Positions 36,794 through 38,903 of a DNA stretch of 38,903 nucleotides are shown one piece after another. The stretch is taken from assembly GCA_044345055.1 (NCBI GenBank), contig JBIJBT010000019.1:1-38903 (forward strand), in the 5' to 3' direction. Numbering within the stretch: the first letter of the stretch is position 1; each line of letters opens with the position of its first letter. This stretch comes from Bdellovibrionota bacterium (GTDB lineage: Bacteria > Bdellovibrionota_C > UBA2361 > OMIW01). Both the position numbers and the translations under genes were made by a program. The notes below the pieces were generated by a model, which saw only the letters and a program-made list of their open reading frames with translations, had not been told where the DNA came from and ran no database searches.

Positions 36794-37590
36794 GAGGGGG
36801 TCATGACCGAAGCGTCTTAGTCAAGGCATGACAAGACTTGGCAGCCGTCTGCTAAGACAGAAACTCAACTCACCAACTGTATGACGGAGAGGAGGCCAAA
36901 ATAAGATGCTCTGCTCGGGCCGTCGGAATAAGAAGATTATCGCTGAAAATAAAATAAAGGGAGTGCCGCTAATCATTCAAAGAAATGACTCCCGAAAAAT
37001 CAAACAATGCGGCCTGAAACACATAAAAACCTAAAGCCATCTTTCTGGGTCACTTCCCTCTTTACCGGCAGAGGCGAAAGTGGGAAATGTCAACGATGGG
37101 CGGCCACAGCGATACCGCCTTCTCGCTTGTCCTCTCGACTATATCCGACTATCGAGGGGTGTCAACCTAAACAAATACCTCCGTCTAACTCTTTTCACTT
37201 TTATTGCATCATCGCGTTGAGAATCGCTTCTGCTTCTGAACTGTTCCAACTGATGATCTCACCACCCATCAAACGCAACCAAGCGAAAACATACAAACGG
37301 TCTGGGAACGCCTCTAGAGGAAGCATATTTTTGCAGGGAACAAAATATGGGAGAGCTTGATCCTGCCAACCGAGACGGGTACAGTTGCGACCACCACTTA
37401 TCCTACGTTTTGGCTCGACGGGACACTTATTTAGTCCGCAGCAGAGAGGTCCCCCTGGGGGTTCCGTTAGTCGGCTTTATCCGCCGACTTCCATTCTTTA
37501 TTTCGCCCTTGGGTGTGTAGCGCTCTCGCGCGCTATCCATCACGAGGCCACGGACGTGTATTTGATTCGGCTTTATCATTGGAAGTCTGC

Positions 37591-38903
37591 ATGACCACCA
37601 CCACACCAACCGGAGTTATGTTCAACGCATACCCTGATAGCATCGGGGAGCGCTTGTCCGATCTGATAGCAATGTTAGAAAAGCCGCAGTTCGGTGGGGC
37701 ATTTTCCCTGTTTTACATTCTGCCCACTTTTTTCAATAGCGATCTCGATAGGGGGTTCTCGATCATCGACTACGATATTAATCGAGAACTCGTTTCCGAA
37801 AGCGATCTTGCTGCGCTTGAACGGCTCAACATCCAGCTCAAGTTTGATCTTGTCCTTAATCATCTCTCGGTCGGCTCTCCCCAGTTCCGGGACATGCTCC
37901 AGAACGGCGATGCCTCTCGCTTTAAAGACTTTTTCATCAACTGGAATGAGTTCTGGGAGGGGCACGGAGAGATGGGACCCGAGGGCTTTATCATTCCCAA
38001 GGAGGAGCATCTCCAGAAACTGTTCATGCGAAAGCCGGGATTGCCTATTCTTAAAGTTCGGTTTCCAGATGGCAGCGAACGGCCCTATTGGAACACCTTT
38101 TATCAGCAGGTCGACTACCACCCCCTTTCGGTCGCGGAAGTTTCCTCCATTGCTGGCATGACCCCAGAGGGTGCCGAGCAGATCGTATCTGCGATCCATG
38201 CGGCCCTTGAAGCGAAGCAGAGCTACCAGACCGCTCTCGCTGCCTTGCCCGTCGATTTATCTGACGAGCAAAAAGACGCAATCTGCTCGATGATGGAGCA
38301 AAAACGAACCTATCTTGGGCAGATGGATCTGAATGCTAACTCCGAGCAGGTGTGGCATTTTTACGATGAAACTTTCGGGAAGCTGAAGAAATATGGGGCA
38401 ACGCTCATTCGGCTCGATGCGTTCGCTTATCTTCACAAACAGCCCGGTATGGTCAACTTCTTTAACAAGCCTGAAACGTGGCACCACCTTGCGCGGCTCC
38501 GTGAAATGGCGCAGCGGCACGGCCTCGTTCTGTTACCTGAAATTCACTCCGAATTTGGGACCGGGCTGCATGAAGAGGTCGCTGGCGAAGGATTTCCAAT
38601 TTATGACTTTTTCTTCCCGGGGCTCGTCATCGATGCTCTTGAACGGGGAACCTCGCGCCACCTCATTGAGTGGATAAAACAGATTCAGGAGAAGAGGATA
38701 GTCACCATCAACATGTTGGGGTGTCACGATGGAATTCCTGTCCTCGATCTGAAGGGCCGAGAAGAAAAAAGCATCCTCTCTGAGGAGCAGATTGAAGAGG
38801 TGGTTTCCCGCATTCTCGAACGAGGTGGTCGGGTAAAGAACCTTTACGGTCCTGATGGCAAGAAAATATCTTACTATCAGGTTAATGCCACGTTCTTCAG
38901 TGC
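37591..38903 (+). CDS. GH13_18 sucrose-phosphorylase-family enzyme, probably sucrose 6F-phosphate phosphorylase (3' end cut off by the window)
   Basis: Own translation from ATG 37591: MTTTTPTGVMFNAYPDSIG...DLDRGFSIIDY...FDLVLNHLS...LFMRKPGLP...RLDAFAY...LPEIH...GCHDGIP...KISYYQVNATFFS. Open to the window end, so absent from the ORF track. Confidence 0.9.
   Translation, partial: MTTTTPTGVMFNAYPDSIGERLSDLIAMLEKPQFGGAFSLFYILPTFFNSDLDRGFSIIDYDINRELVSESDLAALERLNIQLKFDLVLNHLSVGSPQFRDMLQNGDASRFKDFFINWNEFWEGHGEMGPEGFIIPKEEHLQKLFMRKPGLPILKVRFPDGSERPYWNTFYQQVDYHPLSVAEVSSIAGMTPEGAEQIVSAIHAALEAKQSYQTALAALPVDLSDEQKDAICSMMEQKRTYLGQMDLNANSEQVWHFYDETFGKLKKYGATLIRLDAFAYLHKQPGMVNFFNKPETWHHLARLREMAQRHGLVLLPEIHSEFGTGLHEEVAGEGFPIYDFFFPGLVIDALERGTSRHLIEWIKQIQEKRIVTINMLGCHDGIPVLDLKGREEKSILSEEQIEEVVSRILERGGRVKNLYGPDGKKISYYQVNATFFS

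Noticed and set aside
37250..37290. CTGATGA...GAAA resembling a hammerhead ribozyme core
   Set aside because: No stem II can form between the two motifs and flanking stems are missing.
37201..37326. 41-aa minus-strand ORF (MLPLEAFPDRLYVFAWLRLMGGEIISWNSSEAEAILNAMMQ) within a longer stop-free frame
   Set aside because: No SD and no recognisable family; could be a gene remnant but cannot be supported.
37675..38727. Several ORF-track entries at the right end (174, 155, 94, 87 aa and others)
   Set aside because: Shadow frames of the real GH13_18 gene starting at 37591.

Overview
Bacterial chromosomal window, mostly housekeeping genes. The gene content (DUF6178-like protein, lipid A acyltransferase, TonB receptor) suggests a diderm, possibly of a deltaproteobacterial/Bdellovibrionota-like lineage (inference only). 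In order: a DUF6178-like gene and a stand-alone infC; a cobalamin riboswitch leading btuB-btuF; an orphan 409-aa protein built from three divergent repeats; pdhC-lipA-AAA ATPase; xseA; a solitary N6-adenine methyltransferase; an lpxL-like gene; a 206-bp MITE-like element with IS66-type ends and an 8-bp target duplication; a hybrid sensor kinase; two convergent GT-C glycosyltransferases; an RluA-family gene; an alpha-glucan/sugar cluster (glk, GT4, GH57, bolA-grxD, GH63, debranching enzyme); metK; a RapZ with a degenerate nucleotide-binding site; an orphan gene; a large divergent HxGH (NadD-like) nucleotidyltransferase with a structured 5' leader; and a GH13_18 phosphorylase that runs off the right edge and is missing from the ORF track. 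No rRNA, tRNA or CRISPR array was seen. The best novelty candidates are the NadD-like gene with its leader RNA, the three-repeat orphan, the degenerate RapZ and the MITE. All family calls come from motif recognition by eye, not database searches.
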